The position numbers and the translations under genes were made by a program. DNA of 38,233 nucleotides from an uncultured bacterium (GTDB lineage Bacteria > Hydrogenedentota > Hydrogenedentia > Hydrogenedentales > JAEUWI01), in NCBI GenBank assembly GCA_963977445.1, contig CAXBPH010000032.1, positions 1 through 38,233 of the forward strand, in the 5' to 3' direction. Below, piece by piece: positions 1 to 9,186 of this stretch. Under the pieces are notes generated by a model. It did no database searches, was not told the origin of the DNA, and saw only the letters and a program-made list of their open reading frames with translations. How positions within the stretch are numbered: position 1 is the stretch's first letter; each line of letters opens with the position of its first letter.

Positions 1-622
1 TGGCCGCCGAGTGCCTTTCTTCGCTGCGGGCTTGCTTGCGGCGGTACGTCCCCCCACTTGGGGACGGCCCACGCCGGTGAACCAGCGGTGGTGGTCGTGT
101 TTTTCGGGCGAGCAGGGTGGTTTGATGTAGGGGAAGGGACGGGTGGGCGTGGGTCTGTCCCGATTGGGGTAGCGAGTTTGGTCTGGGCGGCTGGCACGGG
201 GGTTGGGTGTTTGGTTCTACCCCGTTCGGGACATACCCCCGCGTTGTGGCGGTTCTCCATTTGTTGGAGCGGGTTTGATGGCCGCCGAGTGCCTTTCTTC
301 GCTGCTGGATTGCTTGCGGCGGTACGTCCCCCCGTCCCGATTGGAGTAGCGGGTTTGGTCTAGGCGGTTGGCACGGGGGCTGGGTCTTTGAGTTCTACCC
401 CGTTCGGGACATACCCCCGCGTTGTGGCGTTTTCCCGTTTGTAGGAGCAGGCTTGGTGGCCGACGAGTGCCTTTCTTCGCTGCTGGATTGCTTGCGGCGG
501 TACGTCCCCGCGCGCGTGGGACATACCCCCGCGTTGTGGTGGTTCTCCATTTGTAGGAGCAGGTTTGATGGCCGCCGAGTGCCTTTCTTCGCTGCGGGCT
601 TGCTTGCGGCGGTACGTCCCCC
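1..622. repeat. Mosaic tandem array of REP-like intergenic repeat modules
   Basis: A ~53 bp unit TGGCCGCCGAGTGCCTTTCTTCGCTGC..TTGCTTGCGGCGGTACGTCCCC starts at 1, 279, 457 and 569. A second module GGGACATACCCCCGCGTTGTGG occurs at ~228, ~406 and ~518. A third module GTCCCGATTGG.GTAGCG.GTTTGGTCT occurs at ~158 and ~334. Confidence 0.85.
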
Positions 623-753
623 CTCGTCGTCGCCAACAAAGCCGGGACAGCCTCGCACCCCTGGTGAACCTCGCGACCCCGAAGTTTTTTCAAACGTCGG
701 ATGCGTGCGGATACGCCAAATCATATTCGGTGCGGAGGCAGTCCCGGTCGTCC

Positions 754-2343
754 TTATTCCATATCCCGCCAGGTATCCCAGTGGCCGCGCTGGGCGTTGG
801 GGTCGTATTTGCAGGTCACAATGAATAAATCGTCTTCCGCCAGGCGTTCCGCAGGTAGGTTGACCTGAATGTAGGTGGCGGCGCGGGCGGTCCAGGTGAC
901 ATAGCCGTCCACCTCCGACACCGAGATGTCCTTGCCGTTGAGCTGGAGTTCCTGGAGCGTTGCGTTGGGGTAGGGGAGGCGTAGCTTGATGCTGGCACCA
1001 TGGGCGATGGGCGCAGGGGCCGGGGCGACCTCGCCTTCGGCGGGTGCTGCCGTGGGCACACGGTGAGTGACGTAAAGTTGGGGCGTGGGGCCGTTCTGCC
1101 CGGCGGGCCAGTCGCGAAAGAATTCGGTGAGGGCGGCGTAGTCCATGCGGGGGTGCTTGGCGAGCTTCTCCATAGTCGGGCCAAACTTGTCGTCGTTGAG
1201 ATAGGTTTCCGCGTCGGCGCTGGTGGCGAGGAAGGCACTGGCCTGTCCCTCCATGGCGGGGTCGAGGGTGCCAAAGGTGAACTCGTCCATGCGATTCCAC
1301 AATTCCAGACGGCTGGCGCGGCGGGCCTGGGCGGTCAGTCCGTAGGACACCAGGGTGGCGTGGCCATTTCCCATGATGACCTGATTGGGATAGCCCGCGT
1401 AATAATAGCCGGGCCAACGATCATTGCCGATTCCCAGGAGCGTTTTGTGGCGGATGAGGCCACTTTCTTCCCACGCGACTTCGGTGGCCGAGATGAGGGT
1501 GTGGAAGTGCTCGTAGAGATAGGTGGCGGCATAGTAGCGGGGCTGACCATACCAGCTCTTTGATGCGAGGTTGGCCAGGCCCTTGCCATAGAAGAGGCGC
1601 TCCGCATCCGACTCACCCGTGTCCATGGGGTAGCCCGCTTCTTCGCCCGCCACGTTCATCATGCGGATAATCTCGCGATGGTAGGGGCGGACTGCATTGT
1701 TGGAATAGGCCGCCGCCGAACTTTCAAACATGATGTACTTTTCGAAGTCCAGGCTGGTGCTGTGGATGTCCGCATGGAGGTCGGGTTGGAAGCGGTCGAA
1801 GACCTGCTGCACATAAACCGACTCGGGCACTTCCTCGGGCGTCAAGGGGCCCGCTGAATTCCATCCCGTGTAGATGGGGGTGAAGTGTCCCGACACGTAG
1901 CGGTCCGGGTCGACCAGCGGGAGAAAGAGTACCACCTGATTGCGGAGGATATCCTTCGCCAGGGGATCGGAAGAGAGGAGCCATTCAATGATGGACATGA
2001 CCGTGGCCGGTGCGCCCCGTTCGTTGCCCGCATGAATCGCCGTGACGAGGGTATGTTGCTTGTTTTCATCGGGCACGGTGGGGTCCGTCATCGTGACGGC
2101 ATAGACCGCGCGACCTTGGACGGAGTCCCCCAGTTTTTCGAGGGTGAAGTCGGGACGGTCCTGGGCTTCCCAGTGCTTCAGCACGGCCTCCAGTTTTTCA
2201 ACGGGCGCCCAGATGGCCGGGCCGCCTACAACCGTCGTGGGGGGAATGCGGACCGCGTTGGGGTCTTCCTGGGCGTGAGAAAGAAGGGGGGTGATCGCGA
2301 TAAGCGCGGCAGAAAGTAGTTTGCAAAGTGGTGTTGAGCGCAC
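754..2343 (-). CDS. Secreted M14-family zinc carboxypeptidase-like protein
   Basis: Contains an HxxE motif (IHAGNERG), a VDPD motif and a DIH motif, plus a signal peptide (LLSAALIAITPLLSHA-Q). Probable start is GTG at 2343 behind a GGAGA SD; the track ORF extends to 2415. Confidence 0.75.
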   Translation of the reverse strand: MRSTPLCKLLSAALIAITPLLSHAQEDPNAVRIPPTTVVGGPAIWAPVEKLEAVLKHWEAQDRPDFTLEKLGDSVQGRAVYAVTMTDPTVPDENKQHTLVTAIHAGNERGAPATVMSIIEWLLSSDPLAKDILRNQVVLFLPLVDPDRYVSGHFTPIYTGWNSAGPLTPEEVPESVYVQQVFDRFQPDLHADIHSTSLDFEKYIMFESSAAAYSNNAVRPYHREIIRMMNVAGEEAGYPMDTGESDAERLFYGKGLANLASKSWYGQPRYYAATYLYEHFHTLISATEVAWEESGLIRHKTLLGIGNDRWPGYYYAGYPNQVIMGNGHATLVSYGLTAQARRASRLELWNRMDEFTFGTLDPAMEGQASAFLATSADAETYLNDDKFGPTMEKLAKHPRMDYAALTEFFRDWPAGQNGPTPQLYVTHRVPTAAPAEGEVAPAPAPIAHGASIKLRLPYPNATLQELQLNGKDISVSEVDGYVTWTARAATYIQVNLPAERLAEDDLFIVTCKYDPNAQRGHWDTWRDME

Positions 2344-2811
2344 GATGTTTTCTCCAGGGTTTAATAGAAAATATGGGATGATTGAAACAGACCGAGTCGT
2401 CTTGCGTTCAAGCAATTCTATAAGCGTGCCACCTACACGCGCAGCCGGTTTTCGGCAAAGCTTGTGGGTGTTGGCTGTTTGAGTATTTCGCTCGAATGTA
2501 TATAGATCAATTTATGTCTCTCTGTGGAGCTTACATGGGGTAGCGACGAGTTCGCTCCCAAGAGCACCCACAAAGCCCCTCGTACCTCGCGGCTGTGTAG
2601 GTGGCACCCTTCACGTGCTTGTTTTTTCGCTAGGGGGTGCCTCGGCACGAGTTTGACGGAGCATCTGACTGTATTGTTATAACCAATTATACCGATAGCC
2701 CACCGAGTGTACAATAGACCACCGTATGTCGGAAAGCGGCGCGGCGAAATACATTGTGATACCATAATGGTTTAACGGTTTCGCCTTTGAATTTCTCTTC
2801 AGGGAGTGAAC

Positions 2812-3051
2812 GTGAGTCCGACGGTATTCAGGAAAAGAGGGTATCGGTTTTTCTTCTTCTCGCGAGAAGAGTAACGTGTTCACGTGCATGTTGTCTCTGG
2901 CGATGGCGAAGCGAAGTTCTGGCTTGCTCCCACTATCGAGCTTGCCCGAAATTATAAGTATTCGAGTCGTCAATTGAAGGAAATAGGCGCAATAATAGAG
3001 GAGCACAACGATGAGCTTGTCGCCGCAAGGCACCAGCACTTTGGCGGTTGA
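2812..3051 (+). pseudogene. DUF4160-family gene interrupted by an in-frame TAA
   Basis: Manual translation from GTG 2812 (GGGAG SD upstream) gives MSPTVFRKRGYRFFFFSREE*RVHVHVVSGDGEAKFWLAPTIELARNY...HFGG. The stop is at 2872-2874, and the typical FFFFSxEE/HVHV/EAKFWL motifs are present. Confidence 0.8.
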
Positions 3052-3289
3052 GATTACCAATATTTCCGCCCATGGGATTTGGATTCTGGCTCACGAAAAA
3101 GAACTGTTTATGTCCTATGAAGATTTTCCGTGGTTCAAGCGCCAGCCGGTGGATGCGATTTTCAACGTGGTGGAAGAATCGCGGGGACACTTTCACTGGC
3201 CCGACATCGATGTCGATCTGACGGAAGCGATGATAGAGCACCCGGAACGCTTTCCCCTCACAGCGAAGGGCACAGGTGAGGGCATATAA
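3011..3289 (+). CDS. DUF2442-family protein (partner of DUF4160, putative TA-like pair)
   Basis: Carries the motifs ISxHGIW, YEDFPWF and HWPDIDVDL, and overlaps the DUF4160 3' end as is typical for this pair. Confidence 0.8.
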   Translation: MSLSPQGTSTLAVEITNISAHGIWILAHEKELFMSYEDFPWFKRQPVDAIFNVVEESRGHFHWPDIDVDLTEAMIEHPERFPLTAKGTGEGI

Positions 3290-3477
3290 ACGTGACACAC
3301 GGCGATGCACGATGTTTGCCTTTTACGGCCCACCTGCAACGCGCCAGCCACGGGAAAGAAGACGGCCAGTAAATGCGTCCACCGCGCGCCGGGGGGGGCA
3401 TTTTCCTGCGTGACAATGACGGGTTCTTGGGATACACTGCGTGATACGGGCCTGACGACCCAACTTGGAAACGCGCC

Positions 3478-4518
3478 ATGTTACGACATATCATCCCCAA
3501 AATCCTTGCGGCATGCTCGCTGATTCTGAATCTGTGCGCCGTTGTCGTATTCGTGAGGTGGCTCGCCGAGCTGGACATACGGTCGGGCAGTGAATACAGT
3601 TATTCTGTTGCGCACCGAGGCCCCCCAGCGTGGCTGATCGCCGCTCTCGTCCTCTCCATCCTTGGCGTCGTGTCGACAATTGCCTACCTCGTGCTTTCAG
3701 GCCGTGCTGGTCGCCAACCCCGTTCTCAATGGCCGCGCGTTTTGGCGAGCATGGCGGCCTTGGGTCTTGCTCTGCCTGCAATCATCATCATTCCAGCCAG
3801 TATATGGCAGCTACCCGCCGCACAACAGGCCGCGCGTCGCGAGGCCGCGATGCCGTATAGGAAGGTCGCGATACCGAATAGGGAGGCTGCGATACAGAAT
3901 GAGGCGGCCAAGATACCGGATAAATCCGAAATAAAAAAGTTTTTGAGGGACCTGGATAATGACGACTACATGGTCCGTCATGGGGCGGCGAAAGACCTTG
4001 CGAGCGCACCGTCGCTTCCCGAAAGCGCGATTCCAAAACTCCTGGAGGTTGCGGCGCGCAATGAAGGAGAGATCAGTATATATGCGGTCGACGCACTGCG
4101 CCATTTTCCCGATCATACGAGCGAGGTTGTTCCAGGCCTGGTGACCCTGCTGGATAAGCGAGAGTTAGGACTTCGGGCGGGAGAGGCCTTGGGCGTGTAT
4201 GGGAAACCGGGCGTTGATGCCTTGTTGACGGCGTCCAAATCGACGAAGTGGCGGGCGCGTGAATCCGCTGCCCACGGCTTGGGCAGCGCGACCTATTTTG
4301 AGCAGGGAATCATCGTGCGCCTCACGGAACTGCTCCGCGATGAAGACGCATCCGTGCGATCCGCTTCCGCGATTTCTCTATACGGATTTGGTGTCAAATC
4401 GGAATCGGCCCTTCCTGTATTGGAGTCCATGGCAAACGACTCCGACCCGAAAGCCCGCAGTGAAGCGGAACGGACCGCCTACGAGATTAAGAGGCAGCTT
4501 GGCTCACGGAATCAATGA
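3478..4518 (+). CDS. Membrane-anchored HEAT-repeat protein
   Basis: Three N-terminal hydrophobic segments are followed by HEAT-like repeats (LDNDDYMVRHGAAKDL, LLRDEDASVRSASAISL, ANDSDPKARSEA). Confidence 0.7.
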   Translation: MLRHIIPKILAACSLILNLCAVVVFVRWLAELDIRSGSEYSYSVAHRGPPAWLIAALVLSILGVVSTIAYLVLSGRAGRQPRSQWPRVLASMAALGLALPAIIIIPASIWQLPAAQQAARREAAMPYRKVAIPNREAAIQNEAAKIPDKSEIKKFLRDLDNDDYMVRHGAAKDLASAPSLPESAIPKLLEVAARNEGEISIYAVDALRHFPDHTSEVVPGLVTLLDKRELGLRAGEALGVYGKPGVDALLTASKSTKWRARESAAHGLGSATYFEQGIIVRLTELLRDEDASVRSASAISLYGFGVKSESALPVLESMANDSDPKARSEAERTAYEIKRQLGSRNQ

Positions 4519-4710
4519 TTGCCGGCGGCACTCGCCCGACCGCCCTAGGGCGTGACTTCGTAGCAATCCATCATCCCTCGCTATCCTTTTTTTCGCAACG
4601 ATTGGCCTGCCACTGAGTTGACTGGGTTGTTGGCAAGGTGTATGTTGTTATAACCAATCGTTACCACTTCCCTGGCATTTCACACGCGGTAGATACACCG
4701 ACGGAGTCCT

Positions 4711-5946
4711 ATGAAAATTACCGACGTTAAAACCGTGCTCCTTACCGGGCCGTGCACCAACGACCCCTTTCTCAGCGAGACGCGGAAGCTCCGTAGTGCC
4801 GCCTTTATCGAGATCCACACGGATACCGAGCACATTGGGTTGGGGGAGACCTACGGCGGTTATTTCGCGCCGGAGTCGGTGCCGTCTATTGTGGAATTCT
4901 TCAAGCCCATCCTCGTGGGGCAAGATGTGGACGACATCCCCGAACTCTGGCAGCGCATGTATCAGTGCGGCAATTTCTGGTGCCGGGTCGGGCTGGGATT
5001 GATCGTGCTCAATGGGGTGGAGGCGGCCCTCTGGGATCTGAAGGGCAAGCTGGAGAATATGCCGGTTCACGCCTTGCTTGGTGGTGCGAAACATTCCCGG
5101 CTACTGGGCTATGCGACGGGCGGTTCGAGCAACTATCCGCTGGAGAAACTTGCCCGCAAGATGGACCATTATCTCGGCCTGGGCTTTCGGGCCTTCAAGG
5201 TGGGGGCAGGGTCCTATCACGACGTGGAAGGCTTTCACATCGAAGGCCCGCCCGAGGCCGCTGCCGCTTTTGAAGTAGCCAAACTGGAATACATTCGCGC
5301 CCACGTGGGACCGGAGATCGGGGTCATGCTGGACGGCCACATGGGCAATTCGCCCAAGGGACAGTGGCAACTGGATACCGCGACAGCGGTGTTGAAGGCC
5401 CTGGAGCCCTTCAATCTGGTGTTTTTTGAAGAGCCCCTCCACTACAATGACCCCGAAGGTTACGCGGCCCTGTGCGCCGCGACCACGGTGCCGGTGGCCG
5501 GTGGCGAATGCCTTACGGGGACCTGTGAATGGCGCAGTTTGATCGACCGGGATTGTTTCGACATTGGCCAGCCCGATGCCTCCTTCACTGGTGGGCTCAG
5601 CACGGTCGTCGAGGTGGCGGAGATGCTGGCTGCGCGGAAGCGGACGATTGCCACCCATGCCTGGGGCGCGGGCGGTTCCCTCATGCAAAACATGCACGTG
5701 GCCTTTGCGTGCGCCAACACGGCCATCGTGGAAGTGCCGCCGGACTACGGTCCCCTCCACAGCGAAATCGTGGGCGACTCCTTCCAGATGGAAGACGGCC
5801 ACGTCGTGCGACCGGAGGGGCCCGGTCTTGGTATCGTATTGACCGATGAGACGAAAGCACGTTTTCCCTTTAAGCCAGGTAGTGGTGAGTTCAACGATGT
5901 GCCGGGCAAAAACCTGGCCGAAATGGATGCAACGTTAAGCCGATGA
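4711..5946 (+). CDS. Mandelate racemase/muconate lactonizing enzyme family (enolase superfamily) protein
   Basis: MKITDV start, ALWDLKGK, metal ligands D (LDGH), E (EEP) and E (GGEC), and the C-terminal GPGLGI motif. Confidence 0.9.
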   Translation: MKITDVKTVLLTGPCTNDPFLSETRKLRSAAFIEIHTDTEHIGLGETYGGYFAPESVPSIVEFFKPILVGQDVDDIPELWQRMYQCGNFWCRVGLGLIVLNGVEAALWDLKGKLENMPVHALLGGAKHSRLLGYATGGSSNYPLEKLARKMDHYLGLGFRAFKVGAGSYHDVEGFHIEGPPEAAAAFEVAKLEYIRAHVGPEIGVMLDGHMGNSPKGQWQLDTATAVLKALEPFNLVFFEEPLHYNDPEGYAALCAATTVPVAGGECLTGTCEWRSLIDRDCFDIGQPDASFTGGLSTVVEVAEMLAARKRTIATHAWGAGGSLMQNMHVAFACANTAIVEVPPDYGPLHSEIVGDSFQMEDGHVVRPEGPGLGIVLTDETKARFPFKPGSGEFNDVPGKNLAEMDATLSR

Positions 5947-6971
5947 CCAAGATACTCATTGATGTGCCGGTTTATGCACCGGGATTAGAAAAGCTGAAGG
6001 CCCTGCCGGGCGTGGATATCACGGTCTGTGACCCTATCGCCGAGGAGGCCATCGTCCGGTCGACGTCCCTGGTGGCCGAGCAGGAAATTCTCTTGTGCGC
6101 CGTGCCGCCGGAAAACCTGGACGACATGACCGCACTGCGCTGGACGCAGATAGGCTCTTCGGGCTTCGAGCACCTCATCCCCCTCGATTTGCCGCGCCGT
6201 GGGGTTCGGGGGAGCAATGCCCGGGGCGTCTTTGATATTCCCATTGCCGAGTGGTGCATCGCCATGATGGTGAACCTCACCCGCGACCTGCCCCAGATGA
6301 TGCGCAATCAACAGGCGGGCCATTGGGACCGGGGCGTAGCCTTTCAAAAAGAACTACGGGGTCACACCATTGGGTTCTGGGGCTACGGCGGGCTCTGTCG
6401 CGAAACCGCGCGCATTGCGAAAGTCATGGGCTTGCGTGTCCACGTGTTGGCCCGTAATGGCGTTCAGCCGAAGGACGACGTCTATTGTGTGGCGGGTACG
6501 GGGGACCCGGACGGACTCCTCCCCGATGCCGTTTATACGTTGGACGAGAAAGAAGCGTTCCTGTCGGGCCTCGATTTTCTGATAATGGGGCTGCCCCTCA
6601 ATGACCACACCCGGGGCCTGGTGACCGCAGAAGACTTGCGGGCCCTGCCCTCCACGGCCAGGGTGTTGAACCCGGCGCGGGGTCCCTTGATTCAGGAAGA
6701 GGCCCTCCTGCAGGCGCTGCGTGAAGGCTGGATTGCCGGTGCGGCGCTGGATACCCACTATTACTATCCCATGCCCGCCGACCACCCCCTCTGGGCGATG
6801 TCCAATGTAATCATGACGCCCCATATCTCGGGGTCGACCAAGGGTACCCATTACCTGGAACGGGTCTGGGATTTGTTCGTGCAAAACGTGGCACGCTATC
6901 AGGCGGGTGAGCCGCTGCTGAATGAACTCGACCCGGCGGCGTTGACGCCCATTAGCGGGGTCCAAAAGTGA
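5943..6971 (+). CDS. D-2-hydroxyacid dehydrogenase family protein
   Basis: Rossmann motif GYGGLC, NPARG, AALD and TPHISG motifs; ATGA-coupled to the upstream gene. Confidence 0.9.
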   Translation: MTKILIDVPVYAPGLEKLKALPGVDITVCDPIAEEAIVRSTSLVAEQEILLCAVPPENLDDMTALRWTQIGSSGFEHLIPLDLPRRGVRGSNARGVFDIPIAEWCIAMMVNLTRDLPQMMRNQQAGHWDRGVAFQKELRGHTIGFWGYGGLCRETARIAKVMGLRVHVLARNGVQPKDDVYCVAGTGDPDGLLPDAVYTLDEKEAFLSGLDFLIMGLPLNDHTRGLVTAEDLRALPSTARVLNPARGPLIQEEALLQALREGWIAGAALDTHYYYPMPADHPLWAMSNVIMTPHISGSTKGTHYLERVWDLFVQNVARYQAGEPLLNELDPAALTPISGVQK

Positions 6972-7849
6972 TTTTACCCGACGTAACGACCCGTGTTGAA
7001 AAAACACGACGGGCTGGATGCACCCTGATGCTGGGCCTCACCTGCCTTTTCGCTACCTATGGGTGGGCAGAAGAGGCCAAGCGGGCCGTGCCAAAGGGGG
7101 AGGTGCTGCGGCTCGAAACGGGCGAAGGTATTTCCTTTGCACTCTGGGGTACGGCGCCGACCTATCCCGCGCCAACGCTGCTTATTTTTTCGGCAACTAT
7201 CGATGAGTCTCTGGGCAATCCCTATTTTCGTCAGTGTGGGAATCTCCTGGCGGAGGACGGATTTCTCTGTGTCTCGATGGATTTGCCCGGCCACGGTGCC
7301 GATCAGCGGGAAGGGGAACCGGGCGGTTTGGCGGCGTGGCGCTTTCGGAGCGACATGGGGGAAGATTTTGTGGCACCCTTTACCGCCAAGGTGAAGCAGG
7401 TCCTCGATTATCTGATTGCGGAAGGTTATAGTGATCCTGCGCGTATCGCAGCCTGCGGCACGTCGCGGGGCGGCTTCATCGCGTTGCAGACGGCCGCCGT
7501 GGAACCGCGCATCCGGGCAACGGCCGCCTTTGCCCCGGTGACCAATCTCATGGCCTTGCGCGAGTTTGACGGTGCGACCAATACCGATTTTGTAGCGGGC
7601 TTGTCCTTGTTGTCCCGTGGGGAGGCGCTGGCGGGTCGCTCATTGTGGCTGGTCATCGGCGACCGGGATGCACGGGTCAGCACGGACGATTGCATTGCCT
7701 TTGGCCGTCGGGTGACGACATTGTCCCTTTCGGAGGGGAAGACGGCCGACGTGACCCTCATCGTGCAACCCGAAGCCAAGGGCCACACGACGCCTGCCGG
7801 TGCGCCGGAGCAATCGGCCGCCTGGATTGCGGAAAGACTTGGACCATGA
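6968..7849 (+). CDS. Secreted alpha/beta hydrolase (esterase/S9-like)
   Basis: DLPGHG, nucleophile GTSRGG, acid motif GDRD and His motif KGH, plus a signal-like segment. Confidence 0.8.
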   Translation: MILPDVTTRVEKTRRAGCTLMLGLTCLFATYGWAEEAKRAVPKGEVLRLETGEGISFALWGTAPTYPAPTLLIFSATIDESLGNPYFRQCGNLLAEDGFLCVSMDLPGHGADQREGEPGGLAAWRFRSDMGEDFVAPFTAKVKQVLDYLIAEGYSDPARIAACGTSRGGFIALQTAAVEPRIRATAAFAPVTNLMALREFDGATNTDFVAGLSLLSRGEALAGRSLWLVIGDRDARVSTDDCIAFGRRVTTLSLSEGKTADVTLIVQPEAKGHTTPAGAPEQSAAWIAERLGP

Positions 7850-7961
7850 ATGGACACGAAGTAACACGAATACCACGACCTGGAAACTATCGAGCGGAAA
7901 AGAACGACGTACATGTTGACGGCGTCGTTATACGCGTTTCAAATCATAGAAATATGTTGCC

Positions 7962-8711
7962 ATGAATCAAGCGCTAAATAGATGGATTCTCATTGCAATG
8001 CTTCTCGTGGGGCGAAGCTATGCGGAGAATAACGCCAGTACTCTTCCCGTACTTTCAGGCGACGTAGTGACGTTGAATACGCCTGAGGGTATCCGCGTAG
8101 GGCTGTGGGGCACCAAGGTGACGTACCCGGCGCCGACGGTTTTCGTGTTCTCCGCCACCATTGAAGAGTCCCTCGGGGATGCCTATTTTCGCCAGAGTGG
8201 GAATCAACTCGCCGACCAGGGCTACCTGTGTGTGTCCCTCGACTTGCCGGGGCACGGAACGGACCATCGCGTCGACGAACCAGAAAACCTGGATGCCTGG
8301 CGCTATCGAAGCGACCAGGGGGAAGACTTCGTCGCGCCCTTTGTGTCCCAAGCGCGTCAGGTGCTGGACTATCTCATTGAAGCGGGTTATAGTGATCCAA
8401 CACGCATAGTCGCAATTGGAACGTCCCGGGGCGGATTCATGGCGCTCCAGGTGGCGGCGGTCGATGCACGGATTCGGGCGACGGCGGCCTATGCGCCGGT
8501 GACGAACCTGATGGCGTTACGACATTTTGATGGCGCGCCCAACGAGGAATTCGTGGCGGGTTTGTCTTTGTATGGCCGCGCCGAAGGGCTTGCTGGGCGA
8601 TCCTTATGGCTGATTATCGGGCCCAAGGGCCACACGACGCCTGCCGGTGCGCCGGAGAAGGCGGCTGCCTGGATTGCGGAAAGACTTGGGCGACCAATAG
8701 AGACGGAGTAA
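7962..8711 (+). CDS. Paralogous alpha/beta hydrolase with an internal ~38-aa deletion (possibly inactive)
   Basis: Collinear with the upstream gene (GTSRGG, APVTNLMALR), but WLIIG joins directly to PKGHTTP and the GDRD segment is absent. Confidence 0.75.
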   Translation: MNQALNRWILIAMLLVGRSYAENNASTLPVLSGDVVTLNTPEGIRVGLWGTKVTYPAPTVFVFSATIEESLGDAYFRQSGNQLADQGYLCVSLDLPGHGTDHRVDEPENLDAWRYRSDQGEDFVAPFVSQARQVLDYLIEAGYSDPTRIVAIGTSRGGFMALQVAAVDARIRATAAYAPVTNLMALRHFDGAPNEEFVAGLSLYGRAEGLAGRSLWLIIGPKGHTTPAGAPEKAAAWIAERLGRPIETE

Positions 8712-8812
8712 TGCGGGGCAGTCCGTGTCTGCACGCAACGTTAAACCATGGTTGTACGCGACGTTCATCGGTATTCCGGTGCCCTTACGACGGAGAGTGC
8801 CTGTTTTTTTAC

Positions 8813-9015
8813 GGCCCAAAGGGCCAGTGCAGCTTAGCCCAGGGCAACGCCCTGGGATCACTGAACTCAATCTGTAGCCCTGAAGGGGCGGCGCAGCGAG
8901 GCAATAGTTTTGCCCTTCAGGCAATCGCTGCGTTGCCCTTTCAGGGCGCATATGAATTTAATACCCTTTTACCCAGGGCGCTGCCCTGGGCTAGGCTGCA
9001 TTGCCCCTTTGGGGC
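8813..9015. repeat. MITE/REP-like element with ~43 bp imperfect terminal inverted repeats and nested hairpins
   Basis: GCCCAAAGGGCCAGTGCAGCTTAGCCCAGGGCAACGCCCTGGG (8814-8856) pairs with CCCAGGGCGCTGCCCTGGGCTAGGCTGCATTGCCCCTTTGGGGC (8972-9015). Internal GCCCTGAAGGG..CCCTTTCAGGGC pair also present. Confidence 0.75.
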
Positions 9016-9060
9016 GCTAACGTAGACATAGGTACTGAAGCTGGAGTTTGAAGCCCATTT

Positions 9061-9127
9061 TTTGTGCTCTCTGTGTTCTTTGTGGTTAACATTCTTTAAA
9101 AACCACAGAGAACGCAAAGAACACAAA
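9061..9127. repeat. Imperfect inverted repeat built from 9-bp periodic CACAGAGAA-like units
   Basis: TTTGTGCTCTCTGTGTTCTTTGTGGTT (9061-9087) pairs with AACCACAGAGAACGCAAAGAACACAAA (9101-9127). Confidence 0.65.
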
Positions 9128-9186
9128 AGGTAGAAATTACAGAGGTCCCCGGTTGCGGGTATGCCTATTCGCTTGAACCAAGCACG

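Noticed and set aside
1..622. CRISPR array
   Set aside because: The repeat is about 53 bp, the intervening sequences are of unequal length and homologous to each other, and there are no cas genes in the window.
58..828. Track ORFs within the repeat array
   Set aside because: They are repeat-derived translations in several frames with no protein-like features.
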